From: Vicinamibacteria bacterium
GTDB taxonomy: Bacteria > Acidobacteriota > Vicinamibacteria > Marinacidobacterales > Marinacidobacteraceae
Length of the DNA stretch: 64,000 nt
Assembly (NCBI GenBank): GCA_963422395.1
Contig: OY729431.1
Coordinates: 1,248,001 to 1,312,000, forward strand
Direction: 5' to 3'
In this document: piece by piece, positions 40,848 to 50,400 of the stretch
Layout: each line of letters begins with the position of its first letter
How positions within the stretch are numbered: the first letter of the stretch is position 1
The notes under the pieces: generated by a model
Told to the model about the DNA's origin: nothing
Database searches by the model: none
What the model saw: only the letters and a program-made list of their open reading frames with translations
Program-made: the position numbers and the translations under genes

Positions 40848-41817
40848 AGCGCTGATGCTTCGCCGGGGTTCCGGCTTCGACCTCCTCGGCGAGGTGGATG
40901 AGCCCACTGAAGGTGTTCACCGAAATCTGCGGCCCTCCCTCGCCGTGGCGGCATTCGAGGCTTCGGGGACCCGTGTGGCTTTCGACTTCGAGATCGTTCC
41001 GGATCGCTCCGGTGTAAGTGGTCGCGTCCACCTCGAAGCCGGGCAGGGATCCGAGCCCGAGAACCACCGGGCCGGAATGGGTCTGGAACTCGTACCACCC
41101 CTCGGAGTGGAAATCGCCGTCGAACTGGATGCCGGCGGTCAGGGTCTTGAACTCGCTCCGGTGGGAAACGACATCGCGCAGCCGCAGTTCGCCGCTCACG
41201 GTTTCCGCCCGCAGATCGTGGCAATCGATTCCGCTGACGGTGAGTGCGCCGCTGATGCTGCGCAGCAAGACGGTCCCTTCGGAGACGGAGACATCGGTGA
41301 TCGTGATGGGCGCCGAGAAGGTTCGGACTTCGATAGAAGCACCGTCCGGGAGCCACACTTCGAGGTCCACCGAGACCGGCGGGATGCGCCGGGGCGCCCG
41401 GATATCGGTGATCGGGGTTTCGCCCTCGCGGCTGCCGGAACTGTTCCGCCGCGGGCGCGGACCGATATGGATGCGGCGGCCGCGCCTCCGCAGATCCAGA
41501 TCGACCCGCTCGAAGATCTGCGCCGCTTCGGCCGCTGGCAGGTCGGCGGTGAGCCGCTTCACCCCCACGATCCGAAGGGTCCGATCCTCACCGGGATCGG
41601 TGCCGTGAACTTCTACATTCCCGGCGAAGTTCATCACGGTGATCATGGTCTCGGCCTCGATCTCGATCGCGTGCTCGACCCGCTCGGTGGCTGGTTGACC
41701 GAAGGTTCGGCCCCCTCCGAGAAGACCCAGGATCACTGCCGGCGCCATGACGCGCGCCGGAGACAGTCGCGGGGAAAACGCGGCGTGCCGTCTCGCCGGT
41801 CTCGATTCGTCCGTCAT
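40846..41817 (-). CDS. DUF4097 family beta-strand repeat protein
   Basis: Signal-like N-terminus, repeated (T/S)xSG-like motifs (RSISG, TVSGE, THSGP, TYTG, TFSG). Confidence 0.8.
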   Translation of the reverse strand: MTDESRPARRHAAFSPRLSPARVMAPAVILGLLGGGRTFGQPATERVEHAIEIEAETMITVMNFAGNVEVHGTDPGEDRTLRIVGVKRLTADLPAAEAAQIFERVDLDLRRRGRRIHIGPRPRRNSSGSREGETPITDIRAPRRIPPVSVDLEVWLPDGASIEVRTFSAPITITDVSVSEGTVLLRSISGALTVSGIDCHDLRAETVSGELRLRDVVSHRSEFKTLTAGIQFDGDFHSEGWYEFQTHSGPVVLGLGSLPGFEVDATTYTGAIRNDLEVESHTGPRSLECRHGEGGPQISVNTFSGLIHLAEEVEAGTPAKHQR

Positions 41818-41890
41818 CGGAACACGCTCCTCTGCCGCCGGAACCCGGTTGCCGGGGGGTCTTCCGGAACGGATGCGAATGCGGGCGGGG

Positions 41891-42346
41891 TCATTCGGTC
41901 TCTGGTCGTTCCCGACCTGAGATCGCGTCGATCCGGTCGCGGGCGGTGGCGCTGTTGCCCCGCTCGATATCCCGCATCAACATCAGGGTGTTGTGGAAAA
42001 GGTCCAGTTTGCGGCGCAGGCTTTCGAGCAGCGTTTCCTGCGCCTCTTCGTCTTCCGGCGCCTCGGTGGCCCGCCGCCGGCTCTCCTCGATGGCGGCGTC
42101 GAGTGCCCGTCGTTCGGGTTCCATGGCTGCGTGGACACCGCCGAGGCCGTCGTCCGCATCGGCCGAGCGCAATGCGGCTTCGAGGTCGCCGATAGCTTCT
42201 CGGTAGAGGGCTTCGGCCGCCTCGACCGGGTGCGCTGCCTCCGCTGGCGGCGGCACCGGCGTTTCGTCTTCCGCCCACGGCCGCAGGATCACCAAGAGGG
42301 CGCCTCCCGCTGCGATGGCAGGCCAAAGCCACCGTACGGGCCGCAT
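41891..42346 (-). CDS. Membrane-anchored helical protein, anti-sigma-factor-like C-terminal part
   Basis: One TM, then AEALYREAIGDLE...LDAAIEESRRR...PEDEEAQETLLESLRRKLDL. Resembles genes found between ECF sigma and DUF4097 genes (recall). Confidence 0.5.
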   Translation of the reverse strand: MRPVRWLWPAIAAGGALLVILRPWAEDETPVPPPAEAAHPVEAAEALYREAIGDLEAALRSADADDGLGGVHAAMEPERRALDAAIEESRRRATEAPEDEEAQETLLESLRRKLDLFHNTLMLMRDIERGNSATARDRIDAISGRERPETE

Positions 42347-42360
42347 GACGCGCTGGAAAC

Positions 42361-44067
42361 CTAACGCGCCGCGAGCAACCAGAGCAACCCGGCGGCAACC
42401 GCCGCGGCGAAGAACACGGTCCAGCCGATGGTGCTGCGGAAGGCGAAGTCGTCCTGGCTCTTGACGGTGGAGCGCCCGGAAGCGATCCGGAGAGCCGCGG
42501 CTTCGAGGCGGACAACCAGTCCGGCTCGAAGGAACCGAGCCAGCGGTCCGAGGGAAGAGAGCACCGAGCCGCATGCGGCGCCGAGGTTCCTGAGCGGTTT
42601 CCGATAGATCCAGTCGAAGTCGAGGGTGACGGCGGGTGCAGGCGTCATTTTCCGTCGGACCAGGGCGAAGAGAACCGCAGTACCCACCAGCAACTGACAA
42701 GTCGAAGAGAGATGATCCAGGGTGTACGGCTCGTACTGCACGGCGAAGGGCAGACGGACATAGAGGAGGTCGGGCAGAATCCCGTAGAGCAGGCAGAGAC
42801 CGCCCGCGATTCCCATCGCGGCGAGCAGATTCGAGGGAAGGGGTCGGACCTCGACGCTGCGGCGTGCCTCGAAGAAGGCGAACCAGGGGAGTTTGAGCCC
42901 GACGGAAAGGAAGGTTCCCACCGCGGCGAGAGTGAGCAGCAGCTCGGCCAGCAGGAAATGCTGCTCTCCTGCGGCGCTGACGATCATGGACTTGCTGATG
43001 AAACCGTTGAACAACGGCCAGCCAGAGATCGAGAGCGCCCCCACCACATACATTCCGACAGCGAAACGCATTCGGGAAGCGATCCCGCCGAGGTCCGAGA
43101 GCCGGCGCATCCCGGTCGCTTCGATGGCCGCGCCCGCCCCCATGAAGAGCAGCGCCTTGTAGAGGATGTGCGAATAGGCGTGCGCGGCGGCGCCGTTCAG
43201 CGCGAGCTGGGTGCCGACCCCCACCGCCGTCACCATGTAGCCGACCTGGCTCACGATGTGGTAGGCGAGCAGTCGGCGGATGTCGTTCTCGATGATGGCG
43301 AACACGACTCCGTAAAGCGCCATGGCGACTCCGAGCGGAACGAGGATCTCGACACCCGGAAACAGTCGGAGCAGCGCGTACACCGCAGTCTTGGTCGTGA
43401 ACGCGGAAAGGAACACCGCTCCGGAGGTCGAGGCTTCGGGATAGGAATCGGTCAGCCAGGCATGGAGCGGCGGAACCGCCGCGTTCAGGGCGACTGCGGT
43501 CAGAACGAACCAGAAGGGCGGCAGGCCGCCTGGTAGGGGGCCGAGGCCGGGGTCGCCTCCTGCTGCGAGGTGGAATGCGACTCCGAGGAACAGGAGGGCG
43601 CCTCCGACCGCATGTACGAGCAGGTAGCGCATCCCCGCGCGTCGGGCGCGGCCGGTCCTTCCCATCCAGAGGAGCGCGAGGGACGCGAGCGCCATCAGCT
43701 CCCAGAAGATGAAGAAGGTGATCCAGTCCCCCGCCAGCACTGTGGAAATCGCGGACCCGGCATAGAGCAGGGCTCCGGCGGTTTCGCCGGCTCCCATCCG
43801 GTGGACTCCGTAGAGGAGACCCAGCAGGGTCACGATCGTGAAGACGAGGGCGAACAGGAGGCTCAGTTCGTCGGCCCGGAACCAGGTGAGCTGGAACCCG
43901 GCGACGGTGGCCTCACGAGTTCCCGGAGAAAGTCGCAGCAAGCCGAGCAAGGCCGGGATGGCGAAGGCGATCCCCACTCCGGCGGCCGGGACTCGGCGGC
44001 CGGCGGCGGCGGCGGCGAGTGCTCCGGCGAAGAGCCACATCCCGGGATGCAGCAAGGCGCTGTTCAA
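42361..44067 (-). CDS. Na+/H+ antiporter subunit D-like (MrpD/NuoL-M-N family) 3
   Basis: FIFWELM, PPLHAWLTDSYPEA, RRLLAYHIVSQVGY, HILYKALLF. TTG start overlaps the upstream stop. Confidence 0.88.
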   Translation of the reverse strand: MNSALLHPGMWLFAGALAAAAAGRRVPAAGVGIAFAIPALLGLLRLSPGTREATVAGFQLTWFRADELSLLFALVFTIVTLLGLLYGVHRMGAGETAGALLYAGSAISTVLAGDWITFFIFWELMALASLALLWMGRTGRARRAGMRYLLVHAVGGALLFLGVAFHLAAGGDPGLGPLPGGLPPFWFVLTAVALNAAVPPLHAWLTDSYPEASTSGAVFLSAFTTKTAVYALLRLFPGVEILVPLGVAMALYGVVFAIIENDIRRLLAYHIVSQVGYMVTAVGVGTQLALNGAAAHAYSHILYKALLFMGAGAAIEATGMRRLSDLGGIASRMRFAVGMYVVGALSISGWPLFNGFISKSMIVSAAGEQHFLLAELLLTLAAVGTFLSVGLKLPWFAFFEARRSVEVRPLPSNLLAAMGIAGGLCLLYGILPDLLYVRLPFAVQYEPYTLDHLSSTCQLLVGTAVLFALVRRKMTPAPAVTLDFDWIYRKPLRNLGAACGSVLSSLGPLARFLRAGLVVRLEAAALRIASGRSTVKSQDDFAFRSTIGWTVFFAAAVAAGLLWLLAAR

Positions 44068-44309
44068 CGGTCTCCCTCGCGGTGGTAGTGGTTCTCGGGC
44101 CGCGAAAGCGCCGGCTTCAAGATCCGGATTCCGAGGCCGACGAGCGCCGCGGCGCCCGCGAATCCCCACACCAGATCCCAAAGCGGCCACTCGTTCCACG
44201 GTCCCCCGTGGTGCGACGGCGAGCCCAGGAACGAGAGCACTTCGAGACCGAGAAGGGTCACGGCGACGAGAGTTCCGGCCGCGATCCCGGCCAGCAGCCG
44301 CAGTTTCAC
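44064..44309 (-). CDS. Small two-TM membrane protein of the Mrp operon
   Basis: GTG start, VKLRLLAG...WPLWDLVWGFAG...LKPALSRPENHY. Overlaps both neighbours by 4 nt. Confidence 0.7.
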   Translation of the reverse strand: MKLRLLAGIAAGTLVAVTLLGLEVLSFLGSPSHHGGPWNEWPLWDLVWGFAGAAALVGLGIRILKPALSRPENHYHREGDR

Positions 44310-45820
44310 GGCGTTCCGCCGATGGCGGCGAGCAGGTCCGGCGCTCCCCGCGCGACGCTCCGGGCGGCCGACTCGGCGAGCGACCAGAACCGCACGCCGG
44401 CGTCGGGTGCGAGCCCCAGCACCACTGCGGCCAGGGCGGCGAAGACCGGCGGCGCCACCAGCCAGAGCGACGGCTCCCGGATCCCTTCGGTTCGACCCGA
44501 CTCGAAAACCGCGATCCGCAGGATCGGGAGGTAGTAGGCGAGGTTCAGGAGGCCGCTCGCCACCAGCAGGGCTGCCACCCAGGCATGGCCTCCGGCGATC
44601 CCGCCGAGCGCGAGGTTCCACTTGCCGATGAATCCCGGGAGCAACGGAATCCCGGCCATGCCGAATGCACCTAGCGCGAACGCGCCGAAGGTGACGGGCA
44701 TCGCCCGGCCGAGGCCGCCGAGATCCCGGATGTACTCCTTGCCGGTAGCCGCGTACACCGATCCGGCGCAGAAGAAGAGGGTGATCTTCGAGAAGCCGTG
44801 GGCGGCGATGTGGAAGGCGGCTCCGGCCAGCGCGAGGGGGGTTCCGATCGCGCCGCCGAGCACGATGTAGCTGAGCTGGCTGATCGTCGAATAGGCGAGC
44901 CGGCGTTTCAGGTGGTTCTCGCCGAGGGCCCGGAGGGAAGCGAAGAGGATCGTTCCCGCGGCGAGCAGGGCGAGGGGCAGGCTCAGCCCCAGATCGCGCA
45001 TCAGCTCGGGACCGAAGACCCAACCGGTCAACCGCAGTGTCCCGAAGGCCCCGGCCTTGACCACCGCCACTGCGTGGAGCAGGGCGCTCACTGGAGTGGG
45101 AGCCACCATCGCGGCCGGAAGCCATCCATGGAGCGGAAACACGGCAGCCTTCGCCCCGACTCCGATGAGGAAGAGCGCGAACAGCAACCGGAGCGCCCCG
45201 TCATCCGCAGTTCCGGCGAGGAAGCCTCCGGGAGTGAAATGGGCGCCGGGTGCGATGATCGCGATCCAGACCACGGCTCCCAGCAACATTTGGCCGGCGA
45301 ACAGGGTGTACGCCAGGTAGGAGCGCCCCGAGCCGAGCACCCCCGGCGTCCGCCGGTGCACGACGAGCGGCCAGGTCGCCAGGGTCAGCACTTCGTAGCA
45401 GATGAGGAAAGTGACCGGATTGGCGGCGAGGGCGATCCCGGCCGCCGAGGCCGAGGCGACCGCGAAGGCGGCGAAGTAGCCGGTCTGGTGCGAAGAGCGA
45501 AGGGTTCGCAGGTATCCCACGGAATACGCCGAGGTGGCGGTCCACAGGATCGAAGAAAGGATGAGAAAGAGGAGAGCCAGCGGGTCGGCGCGAAACTGGA
45601 GGGCGGCGCCGGGAAGCAGGGGGAGTTCCGGACTCAGGGGGACCGTTCCGGAAAACACCGCCGGAAGCATGGAAAGCGCCGCTCCGAGCTGCACTGCGGC
45701 GGCCAGGAAGGTCCAGCCCTCGCGCAGATTCGGCCGCCGCGCGGAAAGCAGGATCGGCCCGGCGGCAGCGAGCCCCGCTCCCACCGCCAGGAGCGGCTTC
45801 AGCGACAGGATCTCGTTCAT
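44306..45820 (-). CDS. Mrp antiporter subunit D-like 2
   Basis: RPNLREGWT, YEVLTL, PLHGWLPAAMVAPTPVSALLHAVAVVKAG, KRRLAYSTISQL. Confidence 0.9.
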   Translation of the reverse strand: MNEILSLKPLLAVGAGLAAAGPILLSARRPNLREGWTFLAAAVQLGAALSMLPAVFSGTVPLSPELPLLPGAALQFRADPLALLFLILSSILWTATSAYSVGYLRTLRSSHQTGYFAAFAVASASAAGIALAANPVTFLICYEVLTLATWPLVVHRRTPGVLGSGRSYLAYTLFAGQMLLGAVVWIAIIAPGAHFTPGGFLAGTADDGALRLLFALFLIGVGAKAAVFPLHGWLPAAMVAPTPVSALLHAVAVVKAGAFGTLRLTGWVFGPELMRDLGLSLPLALLAAGTILFASLRALGENHLKRRLAYSTISQLSYIVLGGAIGTPLALAGAAFHIAAHGFSKITLFFCAGSVYAATGKEYIRDLGGLGRAMPVTFGAFALGAFGMAGIPLLPGFIGKWNLALGGIAGGHAWVAALLVASGLLNLAYYLPILRIAVFESGRTEGIREPSLWLVAPPVFAALAAVVLGLAPDAGVRFWSLAESAARSVARGAPDLLAAIGGTP

Positions 45821-47391
45821 CGCGTCGGGGCGGAGAGGGAAGAAGCCGCCGTTCCCGCGCCGGGGCGCCAGTCCGGCAAGACCCGCTGCTGCAGCGGGCC
45901 GGCGAAGATGCCCGCGAGCAGCACGAGCACGGCGAGCCCGGTAACGGGGACCGTCAGCGAGCGGGGAAACTGCAAACCGACGATCGGTCGCGTTGCGCCG
46001 GAGTCCTGCCCCTCCCTCGGGGAGGCTGGGCGGAACCAGAGGATCTCCAGCATGCGCAGGAAGTAGATGGCCGCCAGCAGGCTCGAAACGAGCAGGGCGG
46101 CGAAGGCGGTGATACCGCCGGGACCGCCGGCATCGATCGCGGCGGCGAGGAGCAGGTACTTGGAAAAGAACCCGGCGGTCGGGGGGATGCCGATCATGGA
46201 GAGGCCCGCCACGCTCAAGGCGGCGGCGACCCAGGGGGCGCGGGCGCCGAGACCCGCCCAGCTGCCGTGGCCTCCGGTTCCCGGTTCCTGGAGCAATCCG
46301 CCGGCGCCGAGGAACAGACAGCCCTTCGCGAGGGCGTGGGCGAGCATGTGGAACACGGCTCCGGTGATCGCGAGTTCCGATCCAAGCGCGATTCCGAGCA
46401 GGATGGCGCCCATCGCCGAGACGCTCGACCAGGCGAGCATGCGGGGGATCTCCCGCTGAGCCACCGCGAACACGCCTCCGGCGAGGACACCGGCGATTCC
46501 GAGCCAGAGGATTCCATCGAGCACCAGGGTGCCGGCTTCGGTCCCGGCGAGTGTCTCTCCCAGCAGGCGCAACAGTGCGTAGGCGCTGACCTTGGCCATC
46601 ACCGCGGCGATGATCCCGGCCGCTGCTGCGGGAGCGAACACATAGGTGTCCGGCAGCCAGCCGTGGAGCGGGAAGAGGGCCGCCTTGATGGCGAGACCGA
46701 TTGCGATCAGGCATACCCCGACGGTCACCGCAGCGGGTGCTTCGACCCCCGAAAGCCGGGCGGCGAGATCGTCCAGGTGCAGCGTTCCGGTGAGCGCGTA
46801 GAGGAAGCCCACTCCGAGCAGGTAGAGCGAACCCGCGGCAGTGCTCGCGAGGAGATAGCGGAAGGCGGCGATCGTCGCGCGGCCCCCTGCCGAAGCAACC
46901 AGCGTGCAGGCGGCGAGTGACGAGATCTCGAGGAAGACGAAGAGGTTGAAGACATCGCGGGTGACGCAGATGCCGAGCAGGCCGGCCACGAGCAGGAGCA
47001 TCGCGCCGCGGAGAAGACCCTCGCGCATGGGGGTCGGGTCGGCCCCTGGCCGATCCGCGCTCTCCCCCCTCGGCGAAACGGGCGGGGAGCCCGACGGGTG
47101 TGCGGCGGCAGCGAAACAGGCGATTCCCGCCACCAGCACCGCGAGAAATCCACTCAGACTGTCGAACCACAGCTCGATGCCCCACGGACCCGGCCAGCCG
47201 CCGACCGCATGCCGAATCGACCCCGAAGGGAGTACTCCGCCGAGCAAGGCGACCGCTACTCCGGCGACCGCGGCGTGGATTCCCAGCGCGAGCCACCGGG
47301 TACTGCGGCGGAAGCACACAGCAGCGAGCGGTACCAGCGCCGCACCGGCGAGTGGAAGCGCGACCAGCAGGCCGGGGAGCGAGTCGCGCAA
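45817..47391 (-). CDS. mrpD: Mrp antiporter subunit D
   Basis: GGWPGPWGIE, DVFNLFVFLEI, IKAALFPLHGWLPD, MIGIPPTAGFFSK. Confidence 0.88.
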   Translation of the reverse strand: MRDSLPGLLVALPLAGAALVPLAAVCFRRSTRWLALGIHAAVAGVAVALLGGVLPSGSIRHAVGGWPGPWGIELWFDSLSGFLAVLVAGIACFAAAAHPSGSPPVSPRGESADRPGADPTPMREGLLRGAMLLLVAGLLGICVTRDVFNLFVFLEISSLAACTLVASAGGRATIAAFRYLLASTAAGSLYLLGVGFLYALTGTLHLDDLAARLSGVEAPAAVTVGVCLIAIGLAIKAALFPLHGWLPDTYVFAPAAAAGIIAAVMAKVSAYALLRLLGETLAGTEAGTLVLDGILWLGIAGVLAGGVFAVAQREIPRMLAWSSVSAMGAILLGIALGSELAITGAVFHMLAHALAKGCLFLGAGGLLQEPGTGGHGSWAGLGARAPWVAAALSVAGLSMIGIPPTAGFFSKYLLLAAAIDAGGPGGITAFAALLVSSLLAAIYFLRMLEILWFRPASPREGQDSGATRPIVGLQFPRSLTVPVTGLAVLVLLAGIFAGPLQQRVLPDWRPGAGTAASSLSAPTR

Positions 47392-47439
47392 CTTCTCGTT
47401 TTCCTCGAAGGCGGAGCTGTGAGCCCCGGGCTGGTCCGG

Positions 47440-47784
47440 CTACCGGAGCCTTTCGAGCAGCCGGTCCTCGTTCAGGGAGTGGAACCGGCGCCGGATCACA
47501 GTGAGGAGCGCGAGCGCGAGTCCCGTCGTGGAAACGGACACCACGATCGCGGTCAGCATCAGGGTATGGGGCAGGGGATTCATGAACGCTGCCGCCGACG
47601 GGGCTTCGGACCCGGTGAGGATCGGCGCCTGAGCGCCCTGTTTGAAGCCGACGGACACGAAGAACACGATGACCCCGACCTGCATCACATTCATGGCGAG
47701 CAATTTCCGGAGCAGGTTGGGCAGCAGAGCGATCCCGGCGATCCCGAGGGTGAAGAGGGCGGCGGGGAACAGGTAGATCGTCAT
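47440..47784 (-). CDS. mrpC: Mrp antiporter subunit C
   Basis: NLLRKL, NPLPHTLMLTAIVV. Confidence 0.92.
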   Translation of the reverse strand: MTIYLFPAALFTLGIAGIALLPNLLRKLLAMNVMQVGVIVFFVSVGFKQGAQAPILTGSEAPSAAAFMNPLPHTLMLTAIVVSVSTTGLALALLTVIRRRFHSLNEDRLLERLR

Positions 47785-47821
47785 CGCCCGATCGGTTTCG
47801 TTCGAGGGGCTCCGGATGGGT

Positions 47822-48661
47822 TTACGCCGGGTCTCCGGTCTCCCGGACGCCCACGCTGATGGTGTCGAAGAGCACCGCGACCGTACCGGCGACGGCCAGG
47901 AAGACCGCCGCTTCCACGCCCAAGGTGGCGAGGGCGCGCCGCGCGGCGGGGTCCTCTCCGAGGGGAATCGCTCCGTAATCCAGAAAGGAGCCGCCGAAGG
48001 CCATCGCCGCGAAGCCGATCGTCAGATAGGCCAGCAACCCGGAGCACGCCATCACGAACGAAGCCCGAAGGCCGGGGCCGAACGCCGGAACTCCCGGGTC
48101 TCCGGCGCGTGGGGGGCGGGACGGTCCCCAGACGAGCCGCATGGTCACGAGGCCGCACCCGAAGAGCACGCCGCCCTGAAAGCCCCCGCCGGGGCTGATG
48201 TGGCCGTGCGCCAGCACATAGACCGCGAACAGCAGGATGAAGGGAACCAGGATGCGGGCCGAGGTGTCCAGCAGGCCGCTCCCGAAGCGGTGGGACATGC
48301 CGACGGCGGGTTCGGATCGGGAGGCGCCTGTCGAAGAGGCGAGAACCACGAAACAGCCGAGTCCGGCGGCGAAGATCACTGCCGTTTCTCCCAGCGTGTC
48401 GTAGCCGCGGTAGTCGGCCAGGACTGCGGTGACCATGTTGGCGGCGCCGGTTTCTCGAGCGGCGTCCTCGATGAAACGGGGAGACACATGGGTGGACGCC
48501 GGGGACGCGGGGTCCCCGAGCGGCGGGAGTTCGGCGGCCCCCAGAGCCAAGCCAGCGAAGAAGGCGGCGAAGACGAGCACCCCGAGCGGGCGGTGAACGG
48601 TTCGACGGGCCCCGGGCAACTCTCGGCCGGTGCGGGCCGCCGGAGTTCTTCGCCCCGGCAT
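47822..48661 (-). CDS. mrpB: Mrp antiporter subunit B (MnhB domain)
   Basis: NMVTAVLADYRGYDTLGE, HGHISPGGGFQGG. Confidence 0.88.
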   Translation of the reverse strand: MPGRRTPAARTGRELPGARRTVHRPLGVLVFAAFFAGLALGAAELPPLGDPASPASTHVSPRFIEDAARETGAANMVTAVLADYRGYDTLGETAVIFAAGLGCFVVLASSTGASRSEPAVGMSHRFGSGLLDTSARILVPFILLFAVYVLAHGHISPGGGFQGGVLFGCGLVTMRLVWGPSRPPRAGDPGVPAFGPGLRASFVMACSGLLAYLTIGFAAMAFGGSFLDYGAIPLGEDPAARRALATLGVEAAVFLAVAGTVAVLFDTISVGVRETGDPA

Positions 48662-48912
48662 CAGTCGAAACTCCGGCCGGTGCGGAACGCTGTCGATACG
48701 AAGAGGATCGTGGTCAGGGCGCCCCCGACGCAGGCCTCGGTCAAGGCGACATCGACCGCGCCCACGAGGGCGAACCAGGTGGCCGCCGCGAAGCTGAAGA
48801 CGCCGAAGAGAGCCGCGGCGGAGAGCAGGTCGCTCACGAAGAGCGCGGCCGCCGCCGTGATCAACAGGATCGCGAGCAGGCCGAGGCCGAGCAGACCGGA
48901 GGGCGCGATCAT
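48661..48912 (-). CDS. DUF4040 / MbhD-like Mrp subunit
   Basis: DLLSAA, GAVDVALTEACVG. Confidence 0.82.
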   Translation of the reverse strand: MIAPSGLLGLGLLAILLITAAAALFVSDLLSAAALFGVFSFAAATWFALVGAVDVALTEACVGGALTTILFVSTAFRTGRSFD

Positions 48913-49256
48913 CGTCTCGGTCTCGGTGCCGGGATCGGCGGCTCCGCGGGATGCCACTGGGGGACGGCGCTTCGCCGCGCTGCCCGCCCCAGCGCATGGG
49001 TGGCCGTCGGACCGGCCACCGCCACGATCAGCCAGACGAAGGCGAGCTTCATCGCCACCGCTGGGTCTCCGGAGAGCAGTGCCAGAGCCGCCAGCGCGAG
49101 CAGAAGCCCGGCAGTGTCACATTTCCCGACCGCGTGCAGGCGGGTGTAGAAGTCGGGAAGGCGCAGGATTCCGACCACTGCCGCCAGCGTGAAGAACAAG
49201 GAGCAGGCCAGGAGCAGCGCCGCGAATCCTTCGACCGGGGAGATGTCGTGGATCAC
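48909..49256 (-). CDS. mrpG: Mrp antiporter subunit G
   Basis: GILRLPDFYTRLHA, PTATHALGRAA. Confidence 0.92.
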   Translation of the reverse strand: MIHDISPVEGFAALLLACSLFFTLAAVVGILRLPDFYTRLHAVGKCDTAGLLLALAALALLSGDPAVAMKLAFVWLIVAVAGPTATHALGRAARRSAVPQWHPAEPPIPAPRPRR

Positions 49257-49519
49257 GAACCACTCGTTCCCTCGAAGTACTTCGCGAGCACCAGAGCCCC
49301 GAGGAATCCGACGAGTGCGTAGGCCAGGGCGATGTCGGTGAACATCTCCGGTGTGCCGGACAGCTGACCTGCGACCAAGAGCAGGATCAGGGTCTTGGTC
49401 CCCGTCAGCGCCAGGCCGGAGAGCCGATCCCAGAGCGTGGGGCCGCGAACCACCCGCACCAGGGAACCGGCGACTGCGACGAAGACGGCGCCCGCGAACC
49501 CGGTCAACAGCAAGGACAT
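49253..49519 (-). CDS. mrpF: Mrp antiporter subunit F
   Basis: RVVRGPTLWDR, DIALAYALVGF..AKY. Confidence 0.92.
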   Translation of the reverse strand: MSLLLTGFAGAVFVAVAGSLVRVVRGPTLWDRLSGLALTGTKTLILLLVAGQLSGTPEMFTDIALAYALVGFLGALVLAKYFEGTSGS

Positions 49520-49541
49520 CAGGAGGACATCAGCAGGGATA

Positions 49542-50042
49542 TCAGGGAACCGGACGCGGTGCGGCGAAGAGTCCGCGGACCCGCTCCGCCATGTCCCCTC
49601 CAGTGGTGCCGAGGCTGGCTGCCGCCGGTTCGTCGATGGCGTGGATCACCATGCCCTCCGCATCGCAATCGAGCGTTACCGTGCCGGGAGTCAGGGTGAT
49701 CGAGTGTGCGAGCGTGAGGCGGGCGGCGTCGTGCGGCAGGGCGTCCTCGATCCGGACGATCCGCGGGCGGAGGGGCATGCGAGGATGCAGCACGAGCCTG
49801 GCCACGGAGGTCGCGGATCGGAAGATCTGGAGTACCAACCACCCGGCGTAGGCGGCGAACCGATGGACCCGCAAGACGCAGGGGATGAACTGCTCTGCCG
49901 GCATCGGCGGCGGCGGCAGCCGGAAGAGCCGGCGCGAACCCAACGCGACTCCGGTCGCAGCGAGCCCTCCGAGGCCGAGGTGGAAGGCATCGAATTCGCC
50001 TGACAGGGCGACCCAGAAACCGAAGAGCAGCAGAATCGCCAC
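49542..50042 (-). CDS. mrpE: Mrp antiporter subunit E (start uncertain because of the adjacent MITE)
   Basis: FWVALSG, LAHSITLTPGTVT, IHAI. Candidate starts are GTG 50042, GTG 50261 (inside the MITE) and ATG 50327 (separated by a TAG). Confidence 0.85.
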   Translation of the reverse strand: MAILLLFGFWVALSGEFDAFHLGLGGLAATGVALGSRRLFRLPPPPMPAEQFIPCVLRVHRFAAYAGWLVLQIFRSATSVARLVLHPRMPLRPRIVRIEDALPHDAARLTLAHSITLTPGTVTLDCDAEGMVIHAIDEPAAASLGTTGGDMAERVRGLFAAPRPVP

Positions 50043-50075
50043 GGGCAGCGGAGGAACGCGCCGGCGGCGCGCCGG

Positions 50076-50270
50076 TAGCAGCCTGTGGATGAAGTGGCGC
50101 GAGCCCCAAGAGCGGTGAGGCGCGCGGCGGACAAGGCGCGAATCGGGAGGCATACCGGGTGTATTCCGACGGAATCGCAACGCCGAGCGGAGCGGCCAGT
50201 TCTCCGGATGGGGGCTCCGCCGTGATGCATCGCCGGCCTTTGGCCGTGTGACTTTGTCCACAGGCTGCTA
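50076..50270. mobile_element. MITE family A copy (195 bp)
   Basis: TAGCAGCCTGTGGATGAAGT...ACTTTGTCCACAGGCTGCTA, with a 14-bp perfect TIR. Confidence 0.88.
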
Positions 50271-50400
50271 GCTCCGGGGGTTCGCCTGACTCGCCGCTCC
50301 GCTGCCTGTCTCGGGTCCGTCCGGCATCACGGGAGAATCGTACGGCGGGAGGCGTTCGTGAGCGCAGCAGCCGGGCGGGCGAACGGGAAGCGCACCGGGG

